Source: Chiloscyllium plagiosum
Taxonomy: Eukaryota
DNA length: 64,000 nt
Direction of reading: 5' to 3'
Assembly (NCBI RefSeq): GCF_004010195.1
Contig: NC_057719.1
Coordinates: 92,498,037 to 92,562,036, forward strand
Below, piece after piece: positions 48,528 through 61,689 of the stretch (within the stretch, counting starts at the first letter, position 1; each line of letters begins with the position of its first letter). Below the pieces are notes generated by a model. The model was not told the origin of the DNA, did not search any database, and saw nothing but the letters and a program-made list of their open reading frames with translations. A program made the position numbers and the translations under genes.

Positions 48528-49324
48528 GGAATATGGGATGGCGTTTTTACAGGGGGCAGGGTGGGAAGAGGTGTAGTCTAGGTAGCTGTGGGAGTCGGTC
48601 AGTTTATAGTAAATGTCTGTGTTGATTCGGTTGCCTGAGATAGAAATGGAAAGGTCTAGGAAGGGGAGGGAGGAGTCTGAGATGGTCCAGGTGAATTTGA
48701 GGTCGGGATGGAAGGTGTTGGTAAAGTGGATGAACTGTTCAACTTCCTCGTGGGAGCACGAGGCAGCGCAGATACAGTGATCGATGTAGCGGAGGAAAAG
48801 GTGGGGGGTGGTGCCAGTGTAGCTGCGGAAGATGGACTGTTCCACATATCCACATATCCACATATCAGAACTTCCTAAATTCTGCTTGGTGGACCTCATC
48901 CTGTTTTTGTCTTACCTGTATCATTGCTGCCAAAATGCATCACGACAACTGGCTGTTCACCCTCTGTTATTGCTGAGAAAATAGTTTATTTCTGTTCACA
49001 TTTCCTATGATCTTACATCAAGGTTACTAATTTGCCAGGAGTTTGCAAAGATCATGGAAGTGTGAGAATTCAAGCTTGGGAGAAGATCGACAAATGGGAG
49101 GGAGAGTTTAAAAAGGATTCAGCAAAATTAGCTTTTTGCTAATCTCGGAATCTATGGTTCCTCAAAATTAACATACTACCATACTTGATCTTTGAGCTGT
49201 GAAAAGAAATCTGGTTTCGATCTCCAGGAAGAAGATGTTGAGAATCAGACTCAGAAATGGAACCTTTGATGTAGGGAGGACAAACGGACAAACAGACAAA
49301 CGCACAGAAACCAAGCAACTGCTT

Positions 49325-49650
49325 GGGGGTGGCATGATGGCTTAGTGGTTAGCACAATTGTCTCACAGTGCCAGGGACCTGGGTTAGATTCCACCTTGGG
49401 GTGACTGTGTGAAGTTTGCACATTGACCCCGAATCTGTGACAGTTTCCTTTGGGTGCTCTCCTTTCCTCCCACAGCCCAAAGATGTGCACATTAGGTGGA
49501 TTGGCCATGATATAGTGTCCAGAGTTGTACAGGCTGGGCGGGTTAGCCATGTCAATTGCAAATTTATAAGGATAAGGTAGTGGAGGTGGGTCTAGGATTG
49601 ATGTGGACTCGATGGGTTGAATAGCTTGCTTCCACAGTGTAAGAATTCTA
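49325..49650 (+). mobile_element. Old HE1 SINE
   Basis: Diverged HE1 head, body and tail. Confidence 0.8.
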
Positions 49651-50334
49651 TGAGCTGGTCTGTGCAAGGAAATTCATGGAGTACAAAAGCACTGAAATGA
49701 CAGAACTGATGAAAAACAAAGATCATTGCTCCAGAATCTGCTATCCTGCTGGTCCACCTTGACAAGAGAGCATCCATTTAATAAAATGATGATGCTAAAT
49801 TGCACAAACAAACTTTCGCTCAGTTCCAGAGTTACGGGAGACAGTGTTAGTCTTGCAACTGCTCCTGGGATTGGAAAATGTTTGGAAAATTAAAATACTC
49901 CATCGTTGCAAACCTTTTACGTTGGCTTATAATCAAACTCCACACACAATGAGAGCTGATAGTTAGTTGTCTTTTCTTGAGGATGGGAGAATTCAAGACC
50001 AAGGGTGCCACTTTTAAGGTGAGAAGTGAAAGTATTGAAAAAGACATTGAAAAATGTTTCCCTTCATGGAGAGATGGGTATCAGAGGGCACAGTCTCAGA
50101 GTAAAGGGGCACTGATTGAAGACTGAGATGAGGGAGGATTTCTTTCTCGGAGGGTTGTAAGTCTTTGGAACTCCTTGCCAGAGAGAGAGCTGTGTATATT
50201 TAAAGCAGAGATAGATCAATTCTTGATCAGTCAGTAAATTAAGGTTATGAGGAAATGCAGGAAAGTGGACGTAAACAATGTTGAACGGTGGAGCAGGCTC
50301 GATGGGCCGAACAGCCTCTTCCTGTTCCTGAAAT

Positions 50335-50620
50335 GGGTGGCACGATGGCACAGTGGTTAGCACTGCTGCCTCCCAGCGCCAGAGACACAGGTTCAATTCC
50401 CGCCTCGGGCGACTGTCTGTATGGAGTTTGCACATTCTCCCTGTGTCTGCGTGGGTTTGCTCCGGTTTCCTCCCACAGTCCAACAATGTGCGGGTTAGGT
50501 GATTTGGCCATGGTGAATTGTCCGTAGTGTTAGGGGAATGGGTCTGGGTGGATTGCTCTTTGGCGGGTCGGTGTGGACTTGTTGGGCAAATGGCCCTGTT
50601 TTCACGCTGTAAGTAACCTA
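50335..50620 (+). mobile_element. HE1 SINE within nested CR1 tails (~49960-51060)
   Basis: GGTGGCACGATGGCACAGTGGTTAGCACTGCTGCC head. Confidence 0.9.
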
Positions 50621-53079
50621 ATAAGGGGTATTTTTTTTTTTACAGACAATGATTTGCATGTGGAATGAACTTCCTGAGGAAGCACATCTCTATGACTCTA
50701 AGTGGTGGATGTGGTCAAAATTCTGACATTTCAAAGACACTTGGAAAAGGACATGAAGAGGAAAGATTTGGAGGAATATGGGCGGGTGGGACCAGTTATG
50801 TTTGGGATTATATTTGGCATGGACTGGTTGGACCGAATGGTCTGTTTCCATGCTGTATGACTCTATGACTCTCGGACTCTAAGTGATGGATGCCAGTACA
50901 ATTAAAATATTTAACAGACATTTGTAAAGATACAAGAATCAGAAAGGTTCAGAGGAGAATGGTCCAGGAATAGATTGGTGGGCCTAGTTGAGTTTGGGCT
51001 TACCTTTGGCATGGACTGGTTGGACCGAAGCATTTGCTTCCATGCTCGATGAGTCTATTTAAATCAATGCCACGCAAAACAATTTTGGATGGAAAATCTG
51101 AACAAGAGTTGCAAAACTGATCTGATGGACTTCCCTTTTTGACTGTGTCAGACATTTAAAAGAACTGATATGTTTTCTGAGTCAACCTGTTCATCAATGT
51201 TATGACACAACACTGGAGCAGGTGGGACTGGGACTTGGGAGCCCCGGTCCACAGGTGGGGATTCACAGCATCAATACAACAGAGTTGAAAGTTAGTGGGA
51301 ATCTACTAGAGAGCAATACAACTTATCTGTTTGACATTGTAACAGTCAGATTGTAAACATACATATTAACCAGTTCCAGACATCATGCTGTGTAATTATT
51401 TATTCAAGCTCACAACAGACAGACCCAGTGGCAGCAGTCATGATATGGGTAGATCACGGTGCTACTAATCTGATGGTTTGAAATTTAAGTTATTTTGCAT
51501 TGCTGTGCTTGGCAATGTAGGACAATATTTCACATCTTCTGCTAATCTATGCCCTTTGAAAAAATAATTAATCAAATAACGAAAACAATGAACACTGGAC
51601 CACTTGATCACTAGGAATCAGAAAATATGCTTTTTAGTACTAATAATTACTAGAAAATAATTGTAATCATTACAAAAAGCTTATAATGAACAACGTGGAA
51701 AGTGTAATTAACTCATATATGTAATAAAAGTGGACGTTTCATGTATTCATTAGTTTTATGTCCTCATGGGGAGACATTTAACACCTTACTCAACATATTG
51801 TGAACAGTTTTGGGGCTTGTGCCCAAGGAAGATGTTGGACTTGAATGGGGTTCAGAGGAATTTCACAAGAGTCATGTACGAGGTGAAGAGTTTGTCATAT
51901 GAGGAGCATTTGAGGACTCTGGGCCTGCTCTCAATGGAGTTTAGTAATACGAAGGGGATCTGATTGAAACTTACAGTACACTGAGAGATCTGGACAGAGT
52001 GGACGCGGAGAAGATATTTCCACTAATAGGACAGATCCGGACCTAAAGGCACAGCCTCAGGGTTAAGGGATAACCCTTTACAACTGAGATGAGGAGGAAT
52101 TCCTTCAGCCAGTGAATAGTGAATCTATGGAACTCATTGCTGCAGAAAAGCTATAGCGACTAAGTCATTGAGTGTATTTAAGACAGAATTTCTTGATGAG
52201 TAAGGGTGTCAAGGGTTACGGGGGAGGGGGAAGTGAGAAAATCGGGTTTAGAAACTTATCAACCCTGATTGACTGGCAGAGCAGACCCGTTGGGCCAAAT
52301 AGCCTAATTCTGCTCTGATATTTTATTCTCTTATGACTTTATGAACAAGTAGTAAACAGCATTTGATCCACACATGTGCCAGGCAATTACCATCACTAAC
52401 AGAAGGGATTCTGAAAACTCCTTTTGGTATTCAATAATATTGTCTTCAGGGAGCCCAAAGCTGTCAATGTCCTGGTCATTACCATTAACCCAAACCAGCC
52501 CTGGCTTAACCATACAAGTATTGTTGCGACAGTAGCAGGTCAGAGGCTGGGAATCCTGCTGCGAAAAACACACCCCTGATTCTTCCAAGCCTGTTCCACC
52601 ATCTCGAAGGCTCAACCAGGAGTGTGAGGGAATGCTGTCCTTTACCTGGATGGGTGCAGCTTCAACAACACTCAAGAAGCGTGATACCACTCAGGACCAT
52701 AGAGCATTCTGAAGAAGACTCATACCAGCCCCAAAGACTTAAGTTTTGCTGCTTCTTGTCCACGTGCTGGTAGGCTGACCCACAATGCCCTTCAGGTAGA
52801 ATTCTATGATTGTATAAACTGCTCTATAGTGAGTGCGAAAGCACTGTATTGGTAGAAGTGATAAAAAAACAAAGATCATTGCCACAGAATCTGCTATCCT
52901 GCTGGTCCACCTTGACAAGAAAATATCCATTTGCTAAAATGATGATGTTAAATTGAACCATCAAAGTTTACCTCTGTTCTGAGGTTGTGGGAGGCAGCAA
53001 AGATCTTGCAGCTGCTTCTGGGATTGGAAATGGCTTGGAAAATGAAAATCCTTGATTATTGCAAACTTTTTATGCTCAC

Positions 53080-53300
53080 ATACACGTTGTTCTGCTATAA
53101 CGCGCGTTTCATTAACACAAATTCAATTCAATGCAATTGACAAATTGGGGACATTGTTTCTAAAGTGTGAACCTTTGAAACGTGCGTTGGGTGTGATGTG
53201 ATTACATTGTCAACACTAAGCGCTGTTTCTAAAGCACGACTTTTCTGTAATGTGGCAATGTACAAGAACACAACCATCATGTTATAAAAGAACTTTGTAC
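53080..53300. mobile_element. MITE-like non-autonomous DNA transposon
   Basis: Imperfect terminal inverted repeats GTTCTGCTATAACG / TGTTATAAAAGAAC; similar end at ~12590-12625; absent from duplicate copy 1. Confidence 0.55.
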
Positions 53301-54238
53301 GGTTACAAAGCTAGTTCCTTTGTTTTCTGAAAACTGTTGCTTAGCTCAAGGATTTCTTTCAGAGGGGTAATAAACTGGGCCGGCCTCGATAAGATGAGAA
53401 AGATTTTGAGAGGCCTTTTGTTTATATGTAAACAGATGAGACTTCAGGCTAAAGTGGTCATGTTTTCGAAGTAACCTGTGTAATGAAAGGGGAGTGGTCA
53501 GCTCTCTAGCTAGCTGAGCTGAGCAGTTTTAGTTCAGTCTTGAACTGGTTGGAAGTTCAACAGGGAGCTGTGTAGAAACTTAGTCTCCCGCACTTCCTGC
53601 TCTTCAACTTCAACCTGTAAGCATGTGTTCCATTTACACTAGTTTTAAATGGAGTTTGCTTATTGGTACTGTTGCTTGTATTCTGAACAGCATAATTAAG
53701 TCTAGTTGGATTGGCTGAGTTCTGGAGGGGTTCTTTATTCTGTTCTTTGTGTAGATTAGATTAGATTCCCTACAGTGTGGAAACAGGCCCTTCGGCCCAA
53801 CAAGTCCACACAGCTCCTCCGAAGAGTAACCCACTCAGACCGCTACCCTCTGACTAATGCACCTAACACTATGGGCAATTTAGCATAGCCAATTAATCTG
53901 ACCTGCACATCTTTGGACTGTGGGAGGAAACCGGAGCACCCAGAGGAAACCCACACAGACACGGGGAGAATGTGCAAACTCCACACAGACAGTCACCCAA
54001 GACTGGAATTGAACCTGGGTCCCTGGTGCTATGAGGCAGCAGTGCTAACCACTGAGCCACTGTGCCACCTAATTTTATACTTTTGTGAATAAATTTTTGC
54101 CTGTTTTAAAACCTAGTGGTCAATCTAGCTATCTCACTCTGGGTAATTTTCACTGTACACTTACTGAAACAAATTGCAAAGTTATGGTCTGAACTGCTTG
54201 CTTAAGAACCTTTCGAGTGGTCTGGCTTCGTCCATAAG
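53297..54238 (+). mobile_element. Probable solo LTR containing a full HE1 SINE (53752-54068, minus)
   Basis: Insertion relative to duplicate copy 1; TGT start, AATAAA near 54088, GTCCATAA end resembling the CATAACA LTR terminus; the HE1 is unambiguous. Confidence 0.5.
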
Positions 54239-54484
54239 GGTACCTGCAATCTCCGCACATAATGAGAAGTAGAGATCGAGTTGATGGCAATTGTCTGTTC
54301 CCACAGATAGGCAATTTCAAGACTAGGGTTTGCACTTTTAAGGTGAGAGAAGAGAGATTTGAAAAGAACATGAGAGCCAAATGTTTACACAGACTGTGGT
54401 TTGCATGCGAAATGAGCTTCTTGAGGAAGTGTTGGGTGCAGGTACAATTACAATGTTTAAAAATATTTGGATAGGTGCATGAAT

Positions 54485-56392
54485 AGGAAAGGTATAGTTA
54501 GAGGTTTAGACATTGTTCTCTGTGACCAGGATCGAGAGTCCCGAATGGTGTGTTGCCAACCTGGTGCTCGGGTTCAGGATATCTCATCTGGGCTGCAGAG
54601 GAACGTGGAGTGGGAGGGTAAAGATCCAGTGGTCTACGTAGGTGCCAACGACATTGGACAGAAGATCTGCTAACAGACTGTGAATAGCTAGGAGCAAAAT
54701 TAAAATCAGAACCAAAAAGGTAATAATCTCTGGGTAACTACCTGAACCATGGGCTAATTGGCACAGGAGTAACAAGATTAAGAAGGTTAATGGGTGGATT
54801 AAAGATTGGTGTGGGAGAAATGGGTTTGAATTAGTGCAACATTGGCACTAGGACTAGGGATGAAGGGGCCTATTCTAATGGGCCAGTCTTCACCTGAACT
54901 GCCCTGAGATGAGAGTCCTAGTGAATCCTACAACTAGGGCTGTAGACAAGGCTTTAAACTCAATAAGAGGAGGGAGGTTCAGTTAATAAGTAAATCGCTA
55001 AACCCAAATTAAAGGAGGAGGTAAGAATGCAGAACCCAGGAAAAGTTATAAAATTCTCCAGCACAGACACAAATAAGACAGAGTGTATGGAAAGGGTTAG
55101 CAATCAAACTTCAAGCAGGGTTGGTGTGGACCTGTTGGGCCGAAGGGCTTGTTTCCATACTGCAGGGATTCTAAAATCCATGTTGGACAGTCAAATGGCG
55201 ATGGCGAGAAGGATGGTTAATAGAGGACTGAAGGTGTTATATGCACTTCAAGGCCTTTGACAAGGTGACGCACAGGAGACTGCTGAGGAAAATAAGGGCC
55301 CATGGCATTAAGGGCAATGTGCGAGCAAGGTTAGAAGCTTGGTTGTCTGGCAGAAAGCAGAGAGTGGGGATATAAGGGTCTTTCTCAGGTTGGTAGCCTG
55401 AGGTGTTCTTCAGGGGTCATTGTTAGAACCACAACTTTTCACTTTATGCATTAACGATCTACAAGAAGGAATTGAGGGCATTCTGGCTAGGTTTGCAGAC
55501 AATATAAAGATAGATAGAGGGACAGGTAGCATTGAGGAGGCAGGGAAGCTGCAGAAGGTTTTGGACAAGTTAGGAGAGTGGGCAAAGAAGTGGCTGGTAG
55601 AATACACTGGAAAGTGTGAGGTCATGTACTTTTGTAGGACGAATATAGGCATGGACTATTTTCTAAATGAGGAGAACATTCATGTGTAAAATGCAAAGAG
55701 ACTTGGGAGTTCTCATCCAGGATTCTCTTAAGGTAAACTTGCAGGTTGAGTCAGTAGTTAGGAAGGCAAATATAATGATGGTATTTATTTTGAGGGGACT
55801 TAAATATAAAAGCAAGGATGTACTTCTGAGGATCTATAAGGTTCTGGTCAGACCACATTTGGAGTATTGTGTACTGTTTTCGGCTCCATATCTCAGGAAG
55901 GATGTATTGGCCCTGGAGTGTTTTCAGAGAAGGTTCATGAGAATGCTCCCAGGAATGAAAAGCTTAACATATGGGGAATATTTGAGGAACTGGGTCTATA
56001 CTCGACAGAGTTTCGAAGGATGAGGGGGGAATCTAATTCAAACTTACAGAATAATGAATGGCTTGGACAGAATCGATGTTAGGAAGATGTTTCCATTGGT
56101 AGGAGAGACTAGGATCTCAGGACACAGCCTGAGAGTAAAGGGGAGATAAGGATAAACTTCTTAAGCCAGAGAGTGGTGAATCTATGGAAATCATTACCAC
56201 AAAAGGCTGTGGAGACCAGGTCATTGATTATATTTAGGACAGAGATAGATAGGTTCTTGATTTTCAAGGGGATCGAAGGCTATGAGGAAATAACAGGAGA
56301 ATGGGATTTAGAAACTTATCAGCCATGATTGAATGGTGCAACAGACTCGATGGGCTGAATGGTCTAGTTTCTGCTCCTATATCTTATGGCCA
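54485..56392 (+). mobile_element. CR1 LINE: ORF1 SGNH-esterase-like segment joined by deletion to RT and 3' tail
   Basis: RMVCCQPGARVQDIS...VVYVGANDIG (ORF1); ARFADNIKI, QRDLGVLI, LVRPHLEYCV (RT). Confidence 0.88.
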
Positions 56393-57783
56393 TATGACTC
56401 AATGCCACACAAATGATGCTGCAAGAAACATCTGAACAAATGCTGCCAAACTGATCTGGTTCATTTCCCTTTATAGACAGTGCCAAATGTTTAAAAGCAA
56501 CAACATGTTTTCTGAATGAACATCTTCATTATATACCTTTGGAGCAGATCTAGGACTTGAATCTGGGACCCCCTGGTCCACACGTAAGTATTAATAGCAT
56601 CAGTAAAGCAGAGTTTAATGTTTCTGGCAATCGACTGGGGAGTCAATGCAAATCACCTGGTTAAAATTGCAACAGTCAGATTGTAGATGTACCTGTTAAC
56701 TATTCCAAGGCACAGTGTTGTGTAATTATTTATTCAAGCTCATAACAGACAGACCCAGTGACAGGCGTCATGACATGGGCAGAACAGTGTGCTGCTAATC
56801 TGATGGTTTGGAACTGAAGTTTGAAAATGCAACATAGTATTTTACATCTCCTGCTAATCACTGCCCTTTGGTAAGCATTCAATCAACATCTAAAATTGAT
56901 CTCAGGACCACTTGGTCACCAGATAATCAGAAAATATTTCTTTCAATATAAACAATTACAAAAACATTATTGCAATTATCAGAAAAAAATGGTTACAGTG
57001 AACTATTTAGGAAGTATAACTAACTCACATAAGTAATAATAATGGAAATTAGTTTCACGTTCTCATTAGTGGATGTTTACCAACTCACTCAACATATTGT
57101 GGACAGTTTTGGGTCTTGTGTCTCAGGAAGGATGTCTGGACTTGAACAGGGTTTAGAGGACTTTTACAAGAATCATCCAGGGATGAAGGGTCTGTTATTT
57201 GAGGAGTGTTTGAGAACTCTGGGTCTGTATTCAATGGAGGGGAGTCTGATTGAAACTTATACAATGCTCAGCGACCTCGATGGAGTGGACATGGAGAAGA
57301 TGTTTTTACCAATAGGACAGATCACGACCCGAGGGCACAGCCTCAGGGTGAAGGGATGACTCTTTAGAACTGAGGTGAGGGGGAATTTCTTCAGCCAGAG
57401 GATGGTGAATCTATGAAATTCATTGTCACAGAAAGGCTGTGGAGACCAAGTCACCAAGTATATTTAACACAGAAATAATTTCTTGATGAGTAAGTGGATC
57501 AACGGTTACAGGGGGAAAGCAGGATAATGGGGTTAAGAAACATCTCAGCTACGATTGAATGGTAGAACAGACTCGATGGAATGAATGGCCTCATTCTGCT
57601 TCTATCTCTTATGTTCTTATGATGTTATGGACAATATTTGACCCGCAGAAGTGTCAGGCAATGAGCATCTTCAACAATAGAGATGCTAACCATTGCCCTT
57701 TGATATTCAATAACATTGCCATCTTGCAATCCACCCTTTGGAGATTACCATTGATTCAAACCAATAACTTATCCATATAAGTA

Positions 57784-58163
57784 TTCTTGCAACAAGAGCA
57801 GGTCACAGTCTAGGAATCCTGTTGTGAAAAACTCACATCCTGACTCCACAAAGCATGCCCCACCATCAACAAAACGAAAGTCAGGAGTGTGAGGGAATAC
57901 TCCCCACTTGCCTGGATGGGTGCAGCTCCAATAACACTCAAGGAGCTCAAAACCGTCAAGGACCAGCAATAAAGTTTCAACTTCTTGCAACAAGAGCAGG
58001 TCACAGTCTAGGAATCCTGTTGTGAAAAACTCACATCCTGACTCCCCAAAGCATGTCCCACCATCAACAAAACGAAAGTCAGGAGTGTGAGGGAATACTC
58101 CCCACTTGCCTGGATGGGTGCAGCTCCAATAACACTCAAGGAGCTCAAAACCGTCAAGGACCA
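57784..58163. repeat. 198-bp near-identical tandem duplication inside a LINE fragment
   Basis: 57784-57965 repeated at 57982-58163. Confidence 0.95.
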
Positions 58164-59014
58164 TGGAAAACTCTGAAGAAGACTCATACCAGAAACTGCC
58201 AGATCTGCTGAGTTTATCCAACATGGTCTTTGTTTATTGAAGATAAAGCATGCACAGTAGTTTGGCTTTATTCCAGGATTTCTCAGCCCACTTGGTTGCC
58301 ATCACATGCACAAACCTTCAGTCTGTGCCCCCACTGTTGCTCAGTAACTGCAGGGTGTACCGTCTGCAGGACGTATTGCAGCAGCTCACCAAGGTTCCTT
58401 AGACATTTGCCTCTCACCCTCACAGCCGCTACTGTTTAGCAACAGCAGATGAATGGGAATGACACCACTTGCAAGTTCCCTTCAAGCCACTCACCTTCCT
58501 GGTTTGGAAACACATCACCATTCCTTCAGTGTTGCTGGATCAATTTGAAAAACATTTAGACAGCTCCATGGAGAGACAAGGTTTAGGGGAATATGGGCCA
58601 AAAACAGGCAAATGGAACTAGTTGAGTTGAGGAAACCTGGTCAGCATGGATGAGTTGGACTGAATGGTCTGTTTCCGAGCCCTATGACTATATGTGGGTG
58701 ACCTGACACCAAATGGTCTGCAGTGGTTTGAGAAGGCAGCTCACTACCACCTCCTGAAGTGTAACGCGGGATGTGGAATAAATACTGACTCAGCCTGCTC
58801 TGTATTGGAACTAAGTTCCCTGTAGCACATGTATAATTAAACCTGCTTCCACAGACAGAAGGGAGCAACAGCAAAAGTGAACGAATAGTGGAACCATTAG
58901 GAACGCACAGGTTGAAAATAACCAAAGCCAGGGAAAGTATATCAAATTTCAACAAAAAAAAAGGAATCAAGTTAAATAGGGCTTACAAAAACATAACTGG
59001 ATTTAAGAACTTAC

Positions 59015-59084
59015 CAATAATGCCAACGGCTGCGAGTATCGGGTAGTAAATACGTGCTATCTGGAAGATTGCTGAGTATTTCAT
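59015..59084 (-). CDS. GPR139-like GPCR, coding exon 1 of 2
   Basis: ATG at 59084 gives MKYSAIFQIARIYYPILAAVGII plus G, then a GTAAGT donor (59014-59009); phase 1 splices in frame to exon 2 (G+TT=Val), giving 324 aa and completing TM1. Confidence 0.9.
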
Positions 59085-61689
59085 TTTGTCCAGCCAGGTC
59101 TGTATCTGTGAAGTCAATGAATCTCTTCACTGAAATACGACAATGTTGTCAGCATTGCCTCATTTTATTTGGAAGCTAAATGTTCAGTGAGACAATTAAT
59201 CTGGTTGAATCACTAATCACGCTAGTTGCAGTAATCTGAACAAGCAGCAAATTAACCACTTTCCTCTGAGAGTTATTACGCAGTGGAAAGCTATTTTGAA
59301 GAACAAAGTTTCAGTGATTTCTTGAGAATTCAAGTTAGATTTTATTGCCATGCGCACTCAAGTACAGAAGTACATGGGTACAGTGAAAATTGTACAAATT
59401 TGCGATTCCCAGGGATATCTTAGATACAAAAGTACAAAGTCTTATGTACAAAGTAGCAAAATAAAGTTAAAAGTTAAATACATTACTGTCCTTCTTACCA
59501 TTACGAAGAAAGATAATAAATTTTGAAATATTTTCGAAAGTCAGAACAATGCATACCATTTGCAATGAAGCTATTCTGAACCAGACTAAGCTGTCGCTTT
59601 TCCTTCATTGTCACCTCTTAAATCAACAAAATACTGGGACGGGTTTTCCAGTGAGTGAGAATCTCACCTGAATTGCTACGGGGGGCCCTTGTCTTTCTGA
59701 TGAAAGAACGCAGCTCTGCATTTCTGAAAGGAGATTCCATCAGGGTTACCCTCTGGAATGTGGAACCGTACTTCTATCCTGGCAGATCTTTCCTGGCGAG
59801 AACAGTACTATAATGCGTAAAGTAACTGTGATGTGACAGTGCTGTAAGGTATGGTGCCAGGTGGATCGTGATGTAGGGCACCTCGTGAATAGGGTAAAAA
59901 GTGGTTAGGGTGGCAAGGTGCCAGGTATGTAGGGTGGCAATTGGGGAGGAGTTAGAATATTAACTGAGATGTGGGTAGGGTCCCAGCTGGGATGGCATCA
60001 GAATTTCAGCTGGCATGTGAGCAGGATGCCAGTGGGGTACTCTGCCAACTGCTGTGGGGGCTTATGAATGTCTGATATAAAAGTAATGAGGGGCAATTAA
60101 GTGTGTGGAGTAGATTAGGGTGCATTGGAGATATAGGGTGTGGCAGGGGCCATGGATGATAGTTCTGAGGCCAGGTCACATTCCGCAGAGGATCTTCATA
60201 AAGGAGAACACAAAGAACATGCCACAATGTTGGGGAACGCAGAAGAAGACAGAGCATTGTGGATAGTGAGAAATAGAGGGAGATCAAGAGAGAAACAGAC
60301 AGAGAGAGAGAGAGATAGAGGGCAGAGACTACTGACATAAAAAGGTCATCCAAAAACCTTGGAAATGATTGCAATTAATTGAAATGTGGAAAAAGGAGGT
60401 GGTGAGCAGAATAAGAGTCAACATTAGCATTTTAACGGGCAGGAAGAGAGTATTAATTGCTATTTACTGAAGATATATTTAATCAAGGATTAGAAGCTGA
60501 CCTGTCACAGTGAAAGATGAGACAATTGGAATATTGGGAATGTGAGGAATGCTACCATGCTGCAACTGGAGAAGCTATTTCCCATATAGAATGGATAGCA
60601 ATAGAGGAGATGTATCTTTAGATTCAGGAGGAGTAAGGGCCTCGATTGGAAATGCCCTTGCCATTCTTCCCTCATCCTTCTGAGAAACATGAGCTGTTTA
60701 AGTGAACTGGTTAATCTCACAAGTTACACTCTTGTTAAAAATACAAGTACTCAGTTATCTTTAACTATTATCTGGACAGATTCAGGGTAACCATGGATTT
60801 GCTCAGGATAATAGATTTTGTTCAATAATAGGATAAAACATGATTCATGATGACAGATTCTGGCTGAAAAATGACCTGAGCTTGAATGGTCAGTGCCATC
60901 AGTAAACCCAGGGAATGTCAATGAGTGCTTCTGTTAATAAATGGTAATATGAGCACCATATGAGTTCACAAGACAAGAATTTGGAAGCAATTTGAACAGA
61001 GTTGAGAAATAATGAAGGCAAATTGCTGCTTCTGGGAATGGTGCACAGATTCATTCATCAGTACAATATGAGATGATGTTGTACAAAGTAAGCGATAACA
61101 GGAACTTGTCACAAAGATGCAGCGATTATTAATCAAAGGATACTTTAATGTGTTCGAAATGAAGATGAGTACAAGTGGCCAAGGTTAAAGTTCATGGAAT
61201 TTTACTCTCACAATAGCATCTTCTGGAACAACAAGAGAAAATGTTGCACTGGACATGATATCGTGCAAAGAGCTATGATTAATGAATACATTTATAGTGA
61301 TAGTGTCCCTAACAGTGATCATTATATGATTGAACTTTGAACTCAAATTGAGAGGGAGCGAAGAATGGGTCCAAGACCAGAATTTTAAACTTATGTAAGG
61401 ACATTTATGAGGTCACAAATGCAGAGCGATTTAACATGAACTAGGGACGTTCCTGAAATCATATCACGGGATATTGGCGTCGCTGGCTGGTTCAGCATTT
61501 ATCACCCAACCTTAATTTTCCTGGTGAAGGTGTTGGTGAGCTGTCTTCTTGAATGACTGCAGTTCGTGGGGTGCTCAAGGGATATGGAATTCTGTTTTGA
61601 CATAGTTAAATCGAAGTGAGGAGACTGTGTTCTCATTCCAAATGAGGTTGGTGTGTAACTTGGAAGTGGGTTTAGAGGTGGTGACATGA

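Larger units (their letters stand above)
47694..48860 (-). mobile_element. Penelope-like element, family A (RT C-terminal part to pseudo-LTR), spanning a gap
   Basis: LFLRYIDH (YIDD variant)...FHPDLKFT...LPFLD...TDSHSYLDYTSSHP...KNAIPYS is a typical PLE RT. Confidence 0.9.
49640..58200. repeat. Ancient tandem segmental duplication in the GPCR intron (copy 1 ~49640-52760, copy 2 ~52797-58200)
   Basis: Collinear matches 49732-49767/52885-52920, 51063/56399, 51389-51430/56719-56760 and ~52710/~58175; copy 2 is expanded by later insertions. Confidence 0.9.

Noticed and set aside
49700..49800. C/D-box snoRNA suggested by ATGATGA in both duplicate copies
   Set aside because: Antisense to the host intron, with no matching D box or terminal stem conserved in both copies
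59630..60750. Possible decayed Harbinger-type DNA transposon (similar texture at 28700-29650)
   Set aside because: Only a vague peptide resemblance (FYMGNSF); no convincing TIR pair or catalytic motifs visible
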